Of a DNA stretch of 64,000 bases, positions 28,685 through 44,823 are shown in pieces. The position numbers and the translations under genes were made by a program. The stretch is from an uncultured bacterium. GTDB taxonomy: Bacteria; Patescibacteriota; Minisyncoccia; UBA6257; 2-01-FULL-56-20. Under the pieces are notes generated by a model. It was given only the letters and a program-made list of their open reading frames with translations. It was not told the DNA's origin and searched no databases. Numbering within the stretch: the stretch's first letter is position 1; every line of letters starts with the position of its first letter. Location of the stretch: positions 7,888-71,887 of the forward strand of contig OY970382.1 in assembly GCA_963719425.1 (NCBI GenBank), read 5' to 3'.

Positions 28685-29470
28685 ATGTTGGAGTCAATGA
28701 GCAAAGAGGGACTGCCTGAACGCGTTCCGGGTGAGTCGGAGAACGTGGGCACGCCGGAAAAGAAAGAGATTAAAATGGTGGAAGCCGTAAGGATTCGGAC
28801 GGTTTTTACGGACCAGAAGGCGTTGGAGAAAATCGCTGACAAGTTGCATTCAGAAGGATTTGTCAGCGGGTTCAGCGTAGAACCCATTGAGGCCGGCTAC
28901 TTTCGCCATGGGGGGCGGGTCAAGGAGCACCAATACGCGTTGGATCTTTTGATCGATCCCAGCGGGACCAAAGAGCGCCGGCAGACCGTCATCCAGGTTA
29001 TAAACTCGGAGATAGGGAAAAAGTGGGAAACACCAGCTATCACCGAAGAAAAAGTTCAGATCAATAAGGATCTTCTGGGATTTATAAAAAGGGCTGAGAC
29101 CGAATACGGGAGGTATAGAAAAGAAAGACGCATGCGTCTTTCGCTCACCCTGGCCTTGCTTATGAGTATTTCTGGATTGATAGGTGCTGTTTCAAAAAGA
29201 TATGTCGAACGCAGAGAGGAAAAAGCGGTAGCCGCAGAACGTGAGAAAGAGTTTGAGCGCCTTAATAGGATCAATCAAAAGATTCAATTACAGATTTCTA
29301 ATATCGAGTTGAAATTACAAATAGGTCGACAGCTAGAAAAAAAATCAGAGATTGACGGGATCGATCATTATCCGGAGATTGATCAAATCGAAAATACGGT
29401 TGAAGAAGGAGTTGGTGAAATTATGAAACTGATGGAACTTGAAAAGGGGAAGGAGCGAGACAATCGCTGA
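28685..29470 (+). CDS. Hypothetical protein with a CutA-like N-domain, one TM helix and a coiled coil
   Basis: TVFTD..ALEKIADKL, PIEAGYF..G and WETPAI echo the CutA pattern. LSLTLALLMSISGLIGAV is the TM segment. Confidence 0.6.
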   Translation: MLESMSKEGLPERVPGESENVGTPEKKEIKMVEAVRIRTVFTDQKALEKIADKLHSEGFVSGFSVEPIEAGYFRHGGRVKEHQYALDLLIDPSGTKERRQTVIQVINSEIGKKWETPAITEEKVQINKDLLGFIKRAETEYGRYRKERRMRLSLTLALLMSISGLIGAVSKRYVERREEKAVAAEREKEFERLNRINQKIQLQISNIELKLQIGRQLEKKSEIDGIDHYPEIDQIENTVEEGVGEIMKLMELEKGKERDNR

Positions 29471-29517
29471 AGCTCATCCGCCTGCACGTAACAACCAAAA
29501 AGCGGTACAATGGATGC

Positions 29518-30291
29518 ATGGCCTCGCGGCGGACGAAGCAGGCGATTTACGGCATCGCATATCTCGTTGTTTTCATCGGCATCATCGCCGGCGTTTATTT
29601 TGCGTTTATACGGCAGGCACCTTCCTGCTTCGACGGCATTCAAAATGAAGGAGAGACCGGCGTTGATTGTGGCGGCCCGTGCGCGAAGGTATGCACTCCT
29701 GCGAGCACCGAAGGCCTTGTTGCAGACAATGTTTCCATATTCATCCCGGGCCCAGAGCGCTATACATTTCTTGCGCAGATAGAAAATCACAACACTGGCT
29801 TCGCGGCGGACTACTTTGACTACTCATTTGATCTTTACGATGCGTCGGGAACCCTTCTTCAATCGTTTCCGGACCATTCCTTCATCTATGCGGGCGAGGT
29901 GAAATATCTGCTGCTCGCCAATGTTGCGGAGACGACGACCGCGGACCACGCAGTACTTACGACGGCGAATCCGGACTGGGTGACCGCCTCGGCGATGGGT
30001 CTTGCGCCGCGGTTCGGGAATCCACTGCCGGTCACGGGGAGCATAATATCCTCAAGCACCATTACGGTCACGGGACGCATAACGAACGGAGAAGTGGCGT
30101 CGTTTACGCACGTGCTCGTCATCGCCGTTTTTTACGACGCCGCGGGGAAACCGGCGGGGGCTTCGCAGACCGTGATTGATACTATTGCTCCAAACCAGAC
30201 GGTCGATTTCTCCGTCATGTATCCCGCGGCGCCCGCCGCCACGATTGATCCATCCCTCACAAAAATGTTTGCCTACGCGCTTCGGTCATAG
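29518..30291 (+). CDS. Membrane-anchored exported protein (FxLYD-like domains)
   Basis: N-terminal TM, SCFDGIQNEGETGVDCGGPC, YSFDLYD, AVFYD. Confidence 0.75.
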   Translation: MASRRTKQAIYGIAYLVVFIGIIAGVYFAFIRQAPSCFDGIQNEGETGVDCGGPCAKVCTPASTEGLVADNVSIFIPGPERYTFLAQIENHNTGFAADYFDYSFDLYDASGTLLQSFPDHSFIYAGEVKYLLLANVAETTTADHAVLTTANPDWVTASAMGLAPRFGNPLPVTGSIISSSTITVTGRITNGEVASFTHVLVIAVFYDAAGKPAGASQTVIDTIAPNQTVDFSVMYPAAPAATIDPSLTKMFAYALRS

Positions 30292-30311
30292 TCCGCGGCA
30301 CCCTTCTTGGT

Positions 30312-31358
30312 ATGCTTGCACTTTTCATTCCTCTCGGCATTTTGATCGTGGCGGGCCTCACGCTTCTTTCCGCCGTTTCGCCCCACCTTTTTTATACTCA
30401 AATCGCGTGGGTCGCGGTAGGCGCAGGACTTGTTGCGCTTTTTCTGTACGTGGATTGGCGGGCCGTGTTCAATGCGCGATGGGTCATGTGGGCGATTTAT
30501 CTCTTCGCGCTTCTCCTCATCATCATTGCGTACGGATACGGCCCTTCCATCAGAAACACAAAGAGTTGGATCGTCATAGGGCCGTTCAGCTTCCAACCGG
30601 TGGAGTTGATGAAGGTGGCGCTTATTTTCCTCTATGCACGGTACTTCAGCAGGAGGCACCTTGCGGTCGCGCGGTGGAGGTATATTATCACCTCTTTTGT
30701 GTTCTTTCTGATCCCCGCGGCCGTAGCGGTATACCTGCCGGACGTGGGTTCGGCGGTCATCTTTTTTGCAATCTGGTTCGGATTTCTCCTTCTCTCCGGC
30801 CTTCCGCTCCGGCGCCTCGCGGTCGCGGTGCTCGTGTTTGCGCTCGCCGCCGTCGCGGTGTGGTTCTACGTTCTCAAAGATTACCATCGAGCGCGGATCG
30901 TCGGATTCTTCTATCCCGCGCAGGACCTCTTGGGGATCAATTACAGTTCCACGCAAGCGAAGATTGCCATTGGTTCGTCGGGACTTTTCGGCAAGGGCTA
31001 CGGGCAGGGGACGCAGACAGAGCTTGGGTTCCTGCCGGAGCCCTCGCAGGATTTCATCTTTGCGGGAATTGTGGAGGAATGGGGGGTTGCGGGAGGGCTC
31101 GTCGTCATCGGTGCCATGTTCTTTTTGGTGTTCCAGATTTTGAAGGTCGGCTCGCTCGCGGACGAGAACTTTGAGAAATTCATTTGCCTTGGCACCGCGA
31201 TGGTGCTCGGGGTGCAGTTTCTCCTGAATGCGGGGTCGGCGACGGGGCTTACGCCGGTTGTGGGCGTCACGTTTCCTTTCGTAAGCTACGGCGGTTCCAG
31301 CATGCTCGCAAATTTTTTCCTTTTGGCGGTGGTGAATTCCATCCGCAAGCGGTCATAA
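30312..31358 (+). CDS. rodA: SEDS family peptidoglycan polymerase (RodA/FtsW)
   Basis: SWI.IGPFSFQPVELMK, PDVGS, Q..IAIGSSGLFGKG, FLPE..QDFIF, PFVSYGGSS. Confidence 0.9.
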   Translation: MLALFIPLGILIVAGLTLLSAVSPHLFYTQIAWVAVGAGLVALFLYVDWRAVFNARWVMWAIYLFALLLIIIAYGYGPSIRNTKSWIVIGPFSFQPVELMKVALIFLYARYFSRRHLAVARWRYIITSFVFFLIPAAVAVYLPDVGSAVIFFAIWFGFLLLSGLPLRRLAVAVLVFALAAVAVWFYVLKDYHRARIVGFFYPAQDLLGINYSSTQAKIAIGSSGLFGKGYGQGTQTELGFLPEPSQDFIFAGIVEEWGVAGGLVVIGAMFFLVFQILKVGSLADENFEKFICLGTAMVLGVQFLLNAGSATGLTPVVGVTFPFVSYGGSSMLANFFLLAVVNSIRKRS

Positions 31359-31361
31359 ACA

Positions 31362-32330
31362 ATGCCGCCGTTTCTCACCAAAAAATTTCTTGTTGGTTCA
31401 CTTGCGCTTTTCTTCCTTGTCGCCGCGCTGGGATTCTTTTTGTACGAACTGCGGCCGGCGAGCACTGCTCACGATACAGTCGTTTTTGAAATAGAGCCCG
31501 GAGAAGGATTTCGCGTGATCATCGGGCGTCTTCACGAGGCAGGCGTCGTGCGGTCGGCGTTTGCGACTGAAGCATTCTCTCTCCTCAATGGTTCGGCGCT
31601 TTCCATGCAGCCGGGCTCGTATAAACTGGACGCGGAGATGTCGGCGCCGGAAATTCTTAATGAGATCGCGACTGGGTCGGGAAGGGAAACAACCGTTACC
31701 ATTCCCGAAGGATCAAATCTTTATCAAATTGATGCGCTCCTTAGCAACGCGCTTGTGATCCATCGTGGCGATCTCATTGCGTTCGCACGCGGGAAGGATT
31801 TGGAAGGAACATTGTTCCCCGACACCTACCGCTTTTATACCAATGGCGAGGTGAGCGATGTGGTGCAGAAAATGACTGATGATTTTAATGTGAAAGCCGC
31901 GCCGCTCCTCCAAGGGGGCAAAGCGAATGCAACGAGCGATCTTATTGTAGCGTCAATCGTAGAAAAAGAAGTGGCGGAACCCAATGATCAAAAGATTGTA
32001 GCGGGAATTCTTTGGAAGCGCCTTGAGGCCCACATGCCGCTCCAGGCCGACGCGGCGGTTTGCTATGCGATGCAGGTCGCAGAACCGCTTACTGCTCCGG
32101 ACTGCACTACCCTTGACTTGAAAATTGATTCCCCCTATAATACCTACTTATACAAGGGACTCCCCCCGAGCCCTATTGGAAATCCTGGCATTTCGGCGAT
32201 CCAAGCAGCTCTCACGCCCACAAGCTCTCCTTATTGGTTTTATATAAGCGATCCCAAGACAGGGAAAACCATCTTTGCGAGAACCATTGACGAACAACAC
32301 CAAAATACAGTTAAATACTTAGTACAGTGA
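31362..32330 (+). CDS. mltG: Endolytic transglycosylase MltG (YceG)
   Basis: VTIPEG, LEG.LFPDTY, ASIVEKE, SPYNTY...GLPP.PI.NPG. Confidence 0.92.
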   Translation: MPPFLTKKFLVGSLALFFLVAALGFFLYELRPASTAHDTVVFEIEPGEGFRVIIGRLHEAGVVRSAFATEAFSLLNGSALSMQPGSYKLDAEMSAPEILNEIATGSGRETTVTIPEGSNLYQIDALLSNALVIHRGDLIAFARGKDLEGTLFPDTYRFYTNGEVSDVVQKMTDDFNVKAAPLLQGGKANATSDLIVASIVEKEVAEPNDQKIVAGILWKRLEAHMPLQADAAVCYAMQVAEPLTAPDCTTLDLKIDSPYNTYLYKGLPPSPIGNPGISAIQAALTPTSSPYWFYISDPKTGKTIFARTIDEQHQNTVKYLVQ

Positions 32331-32377
32331 TCCAACGGTACCTCTTGAAATAAAGAGTAGCGCCGTTTTTGTGCGCA

Positions 32378-39109
<6,732 letters not shown>

Positions 39110-39148
39110 CTGGACAGGCCGCAGCGCTTCCCTTATACTGACCACACT

Positions 39149-39589
39149 ATGAACGACGTAGAAACGGAAAAGGATACAAAGACCTACGAACTTACGCTTC
39201 TCCTCAAAAGCGAGGACGACGCGGCGCGCATGATGGAGCTTGTCCGTCAACATAGCGGCGAGGTAGTCGCGGAGCCACGCGCAAAAAAAATCGCGCTTGC
39301 ATACAAGATTAAAGGAAACACAGAGGCCGTCTTTGTTTCCTGCGTATTTGCGGCGCGGGGAGAAGATGCAAAAAATCTTGAACGCGACCTCCGCACGCAG
39401 CCGGATGTGATTCGTTCAATGATTATCGTGGCATCTCCCGTCGCCGTACAACGGGAACCCACGGCTATGCCGTCGTTCCCGTTCCACGCGCCGAAACGCG
39501 GGAGGATATCTCCCGAATCCAGACCTTCGGCACCCCGTCCGCTTTCTAACGAAGCGCTGGAGAAGAAGATAGAAGAAATCTTGGGGTGA
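39149..39589 (+). CDS. rpsF: 30S ribosomal protein S6
   Basis: YEL..LL, LAYKIK, VIRSMII; directly upstream of ssb. Confidence 0.8.
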   Translation: MNDVETEKDTKTYELTLLLKSEDDAARMMELVRQHSGEVVAEPRAKKIALAYKIKGNTEAVFVSCVFAARGEDAKNLERDLRTQPDVIRSMIIVASPVAVQREPTAMPSFPFHAPKRGRISPESRPSAPRPLSNEALEKKIEEILG

Positions 39590-39689
39590 CCCAGGGATGC
39601 ACTGCTCGTGTTTGGGCTCCTGCGAAGACGAAGTCGCCCAAGCCGCTGTCAAGTTTTCTTTAAGATGTTTTTAATGACTGATGTGCTAG

Positions 39690-40274
<585 letters not shown>

Positions 40275-40323
40275 ATTACCCCATCTTGATTTTTGTTCGA
40301 CGTTTTGGTAGCCTTACCCTCAC

Positions 40324-40749
40324 ATGGCAAAGAAAGTAAAAACAACTTTGAAGTTGCAGCTTCCGGCGGGGGCGGCAAACCCAGCGCCTCCAGTGGGCAC
40401 GGTTCTGGGCCCGCAGGGCATCAACTTGCAGGAGTTCTGCAAGCAGTTCAACGACGCCACAAAGGATATGAAGGGGGATGTGGTACCGGCGCTTATTACT
40501 ATTTACGAAGATCGAAGTTTCAAATTTATTTTAAAGACCCCACCCGCCGCGGCGCTCTTGAAAAAAGCTGCTGGCATTGAAAAGGGCTCCGGGAATCCGC
40601 TCACAACGAAGGTGGGAAAGGTAACAAAGGCAGATGTGCGGCATATCGCGGAAAAGAAGCTGCCTGACTTAAACACCGACAATCTGGACGCGGCGGAAAA
40701 AATCATCCGCGGCACCGCGCGGAACATGGGGATAGAGGTGATGGATTAA
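40324..40749 (+). CDS. rplK: 50S ribosomal protein L11
   Basis: [35 protein letters not shown]. Confidence 0.96.
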   Translation: MAKKVKTTLKLQLPAGAANPAPPVGTVLGPQGINLQEFCKQFNDATKDMKGDVVPALITIYEDRSFKFILKTPPAAALLKKAAGIEKGSGNPLTTKVGKVTKADVRHIAEKKLPDLNTDNLDAAEKIIRGTARNMGIEVMD

Positions 40750-40759
40750 AGGCGGGTCA

Positions 40760-41088
40760 AGCCACCTTTCGAACTTTTTTCTCCAGCGCGCTCACGCGGA
40801 CCTGAAGGTCCAGCACATCGGCACGGGTACAATTTCTTTGATCTCCTCGCGTATCTCGCGAAGCTCAATGAAGAGCGCATCAAAGCGTTGGAAAACCCCA
40901 CGCATGTCCTTTTCAAGATTTTCCACGCGTTCCGTGAGGGCGTGGAGATCTTCTTTAAGCGAACCAAGTTCGTCTTTAGTGGCCATCCGCTTTTCTATAT
41001 CCACAAATCCCTTGTTCACTAAACAGGCAAGGTGATCCATGCCTTCCAGGAACATACTTTTTGTAACCATTTCGTTGCCGTTTTCCAT
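40760..41088 (-). pseudogene. Coiled-coil hypothetical protein with an apparent 1-nt frameshift near 40829
   Basis: The heptad pattern MATKDEL...LREIREEIKEI continues as TRADVLDLQVRVSALEKK in another frame. The 3' end is uncertain. Confidence 0.5.
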
Positions 41089-41188
41089 GCTTCCAGTTTG
41101 AGGCAAGCTACCGAAATGTCAAAGGTTCTTTAATAAAATTTTAATAAGCCGGTCCTCCGCAAAAAGGTATATAATGAGATAAATCGCC

Positions 41189-41878
41189 ATGGCGGCCAGG
41201 GGCAAGTTCATCGTGATAGAGGGAACGGACGGTTCGGGGAAGACCGTGCAGTTTGAGCGGCTGGTGCTCGCATTACCCGAAGGCACAAAAATGGGGACGC
41301 TGGACTTCCCGCAGTACGGCGAACCGTCTTCGTATTTCGTGGAGAAATATCTCACCGGGAAATATGGCGGCGACCTCGGGCCGCATGCGGCATCTATCCT
41401 TTTCGCCGTGGATCGCTTTGACGTCAAATTGAAAATCCTTCAGTGGTTGGGCGAGGAAAGGGTCGTTCTCGCGAACCGCTACGTCGCGTCCAGCATGGCG
41501 TATCAAGGGGCGAAGATCCCTCACGAAGACGAGCGCGAAGAATTTTATCGCTGGCTCCACGCGCTTGAATACGAAACTTTCGGCATACCGAAGCCGGATG
41601 TGAACATTGTGCTTCATGTGCCCGCGGAAATTTCTTACCAACATGCCGGGAAGAGCCACGCGCGGGGCCACTTAGGAAGTGGGAGCCAAACTGAAGCGCG
41701 TGACCTCCACGAGGCGGACTTTGCGTACCAGAAGCGCGCGGAGGAGGTATACCTGGAAATCGCCGCGCTTTTTCCGAGAGAATTTGAAGTGATTGAATGC
41801 GCGCCGAGAGGCGTCCTTCTTTCGCCGGACGAGATCCACGGCCTTGTGTGGCAAGTTGTCCAAAAAGTTTTAGGCTGA
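41189..41878 (+). CDS. tmk: Thymidylate kinase
   Basis: FIVIEGTDGSGKT, FPQY, FAVDR, NRYVASSMAYQG, PKPD. Confidence 0.9.
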   Translation: MAARGKFIVIEGTDGSGKTVQFERLVLALPEGTKMGTLDFPQYGEPSSYFVEKYLTGKYGGDLGPHAASILFAVDRFDVKLKILQWLGEERVVLANRYVASSMAYQGAKIPHEDEREEFYRWLHALEYETFGIPKPDVNIVLHVPAEISYQHAGKSHARGHLGSGSQTEARDLHEADFAYQKRAEEVYLEIAALFPREFEVIECAPRGVLLSPDEIHGLVWQVVQKVLG

Positions 41879-41934
41879 CACGCATTAGCCGCGCAAACTT
41901 TACTTCGCTCTGCAAATCGTGGATAATCAAGCCA

Positions 41935-43356
41935 ATGGCAGGGCATCAACCGACCATCGGCTTGGAGATTCACGCGGAACTGAAAACGCGGACGAAGATG
42001 TTCTGTGATTCGTGCAATGTCTCGGAGGAAACGCGTCCCAACGTGAATGTTTGCCCGGTGTGTCTCGGGCATCCGGGAACGTTGCCCGTGCCGAACAAAC
42101 AGGCAATCACGTATGCGATGAAGACCGGGCTCGCGCTCGGCGGACACGCGAACGCGGTCACCAAGTTTGACCGCAAAAATTATTTCTATCCCGACCTCCC
42201 GAAGGGCTATCAGATTTCGCAGTACGACAAGCCGCTCATCCACGGCGGCGAATTAATGGGCGTTCGTATCCGGCGGGTCCACTTGGAAGAAGACACGGGA
42301 ACGCTCGTGCACGCGGACGATGCTTCGCTCGTGGATTACAATCGTTCCGGTGTGCCTCTGATGGAACTTGTGACAGAACCGGACTTGCATAGTGCGGATG
42401 ATACGGCTGCTTTCGCGCGCGAGCTTCAGCTCATATTGCGTTACCTCGGCGTTTCGGACGCCAACATGGAAAAAGGGGAGATGCGCATTGAGGCGAACGT
42501 GAGCCTGGACATGGGTACCAAGACGGAGCTCAAGAACATCAATTCGTTCAAGGCGGTGCACGATGCGGTGGGGTACGAACTCAAGCGGCAGGAAGAGGCT
42601 TTGGAGCGCGGCGAAAAGTTGGTGCAAGAAACGCGCGGCTGGGACGCAGCGAAGCAAAAAACCGTTTCACAGCGGTCAAAAGAAGAGGCGCATGATTACC
42701 GCTATTTCCCCGAGCCGGACATTCCGCCGTTTGAGGCCGCCGCATTCGAGCCCGAAAAGCTGCGCGAGACGTTGCCGGAACTTCCCGCGCAAAAGAGAGA
42801 ACGGTTTGCGCGGGAATACGGCCTCGCCGCGCCCCAGGTGGAAATTTTGGTCTCCGACCTTCTTGTCGCGGATTATTTTGAAGAAGCGGCGTCGGAGCTC
42901 CGCGAGCAATTGCCGGGCGAGCGTTTGCCCGCGAGCGCCGCTGCGACGCTTTATAACTATCTTACGAGCGACCTGCGCGGCCTGATGAACGAGGATGGTG
43001 TGACGTTCTCAGGGTTGAAAGTGAAGCCGGAACATCTCGCGCATCTTACGGCGCTCATTGAAGAAAAGAAAATAACGAGTCGCCAAGCGAAGGATATGCT
43101 TGCGAGGATGTTTGCGACCGGCGACGATCCGGAGGAGATTGTGAAGAGCGAAAGCATCAATGTTTTTGATGACGAAAAGGAAATCGGCGAAGTGGTTCGG
43201 GTTGTGATTGTAGAAAATCCTGCCGCCGCCGCTGATTACAAAAAAGGCAAGACCGCGAGCCTGCAATTCTTGATCGGCAAGGCAATGGGAAAATTGAAGG
43301 GCCGCGCGCAACCCGCGACGCTCAAAGAACTTTTTGAACGACACTTGGTGAAATAG
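41935..43356 (+). CDS. gatB: Asp/Glu-tRNA amidotransferase subunit B
   Basis: IGLEIHAEL, FDRKNYFYPDLPKGYQISQ, HLEEDTG, DYRYFPEPD. Confidence 0.96.
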   Translation: MAGHQPTIGLEIHAELKTRTKMFCDSCNVSEETRPNVNVCPVCLGHPGTLPVPNKQAITYAMKTGLALGGHANAVTKFDRKNYFYPDLPKGYQISQYDKPLIHGGELMGVRIRRVHLEEDTGTLVHADDASLVDYNRSGVPLMELVTEPDLHSADDTAAFARELQLILRYLGVSDANMEKGEMRIEANVSLDMGTKTELKNINSFKAVHDAVGYELKRQEEALERGEKLVQETRGWDAAKQKTVSQRSKEEAHDYRYFPEPDIPPFEAAAFEPEKLRETLPELPAQKRERFAREYGLAAPQVEILVSDLLVADYFEEAASELREQLPGERLPASAAATLYNYLTSDLRGLMNEDGVTFSGLKVKPEHLAHLTALIEEKKITSRQAKDMLARMFATGDDPEEIVKSESINVFDDEKEIGEVVRVVIVENPAAAADYKKGKTASLQFLIGKAMGKLKGRAQPATLKELFERHLVK

Positions 43357-43454
43357 GCAATGTTTGTGTGGGGTTTACAAAAAATCTCAAAAGGGGATAA
43401 TGGGATTAGGGTAGCCAGAGTTGCCTTATCCACTGTGGAAGGGAGAAGGCTAGT

Positions 43455-43694
43455 ATGGAGGAATGTTCAGAAAACTGTTCAAACTGTTCCTCAAGGGGAC
43501 CCAAAGCCTGCTATAATTGCGCGACGCAGCTGCTCGCGCGAGAAGGCTGCGGGCGAGATGGTCGGGCGGCGACATCGTCGCCGCAGGACCGTACAGAAGC
43601 GGAGGGGCAAAAGAGGTTCAACGCCACACTCCTGAGCTTCTCCAGCTTACCGCCTGAAACACGTGTATTCTCTTTCTTCGATAGCGTAAGCTAG
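43455..43694 (+). CDS. Possible small Cys-rich protein
   Basis: MEECSENCSNC...CYNC with a purine-rich upstream region and a downstream terminator. Confidence 0.3.
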   Translation: MEECSENCSNCSSRGPKACYNCATQLLAREGCGRDGRAATSSPQDRTEAEGQKRFNATLLSFSSLPPETRVFSFFDSVS

Positions 43695-43718
43695 TCAAAG
43701 GGAAGAGCCAGCGAGGGG

Positions 43719-43751
43719 GCGGGGATGTACGAGTACGTGTCCCCGCCTTTT
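43719..43751. terminator. Intrinsic terminator-like hairpin
   Basis: ggcgggga..tccccgcc followed by tttt, between convergent transcription units. Confidence 0.6.
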
Positions 43752-44635
43752 CAATACCGCGGAAAATTTCTTGTCCAGTGGGTCTCGCGATCTTTCCTGA
43801 ACCACGTCATCTGGCGCTTGGCATAGCGCCACGTGTTGGTTTTGATCCGCGCCACCGCATCTTCGAGCGAGATCGTTCCGTGAAGGCAATCAATGATCTC
43901 ACGATAACCAATGGCGTTGAGTGCCTCGCAATTCACGCCATATTTTTTCACTAGCCGTTTGACTTCCTTGAGGAGTCCGGTGCGCATCATTCGGTCCACG
44001 CGGGCGTTAATGCGTTTGCGGAGCTCGTCCGGCGGGGGGTTGAGGCCGATTTTGAGCGCGTCAAAAAGTGGCGGGCGCGCTTTGCGCTGGGCGGTGAATG
44101 GTTTCCCGGTCGCGAGCGCAACCTCAAGCGCCCGCACGACGCGCCGCGGATTTTTCATGTCTACAATATTCGCCGCTTCAGGATCGAGCGCCACGAGCTT
44201 TTTTGCAACCGCGGCGAGACCTTTTTTCTTAATTTCGCTTTCAATTGCGGCGCGGAGCTTTGGATTCGCGCTTACTTTCGGAATGTCAAGATTGTCCAGT
44301 ACTGCTTTTACATACAATCCCGTGCCACCGACAAGAATAGGCAGTTTTTTTCTCCGCAAAATGTTTTTGATTGCGGCAATGGCATCCGCCTTATATTCCG
44401 CAACCGTGTAGTGCTCGTCCGGATTTTTTATATCAATAAGATGGTGGGGGATGGCGCGCCGCTCCGAACTCGTCGGTTTTGCCGTACCGATGTTCATCCC
44501 GCGATAGATCTGCCGCGAGTCGGCGGAAACAATTTCGCCATTGAACTTTTTGGCGACGGCGACCGCGAGCGCAGTTTTGCCGCTTGCGGTAGGGCCGAGG
44601 ATGGCGATAACGGTTCCACGGGCCTTGCTCGACAT
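43751..44635 (-). CDS. miaA: tRNA dimethylallyltransferase
   Basis: GPTASGKT, SADSRQIY..MNIGTAKP, VGGTGLY, YAKRQMTWF. Confidence 0.95.
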   Translation of the reverse strand: MSSKARGTVIAILGPTASGKTALAVAVAKKFNGEIVSADSRQIYRGMNIGTAKPTSSERRAIPHHLIDIKNPDEHYTVAEYKADAIAAIKNILRRKKLPILVGGTGLYVKAVLDNLDIPKVSANPKLRAAIESEIKKKGLAAVAKKLVALDPEAANIVDMKNPRRVVRALEVALATGKPFTAQRKARPPLFDALKIGLNPPPDELRKRINARVDRMMRTGLLKEVKRLVKKYGVNCEALNAIGYREIIDCLHGTISLEDAVARIKTNTWRYAKRQMTWFRKDRETHWTRNFPRY

Positions 44636-44823
44636 TAACTTCGTATGTACGGTAAAATTGATTTTAGAAGAAAGGGCGGGCTTTCTGTGGAAAATTCTAA
44701 TTCAGTTTTTTTCGTAATTCTAACCAGCTCGTCCTTACCCTCATGTGTTTTCCGTGGGCGAAAGCCCAAGCCCGGGATGGATCAGACAGTTGAGCATGAC
44801 TGTCTGCCCCCGGGCCTTTCCTT

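Noticed and set aside
44750-44822. Riboswitch between thrS and miaA (gggcgaaagccc and nested stems)
   Set aside because: I could not match it to a riboswitch consensus. It is more simply explained as hairpins at the thrS 3' end.
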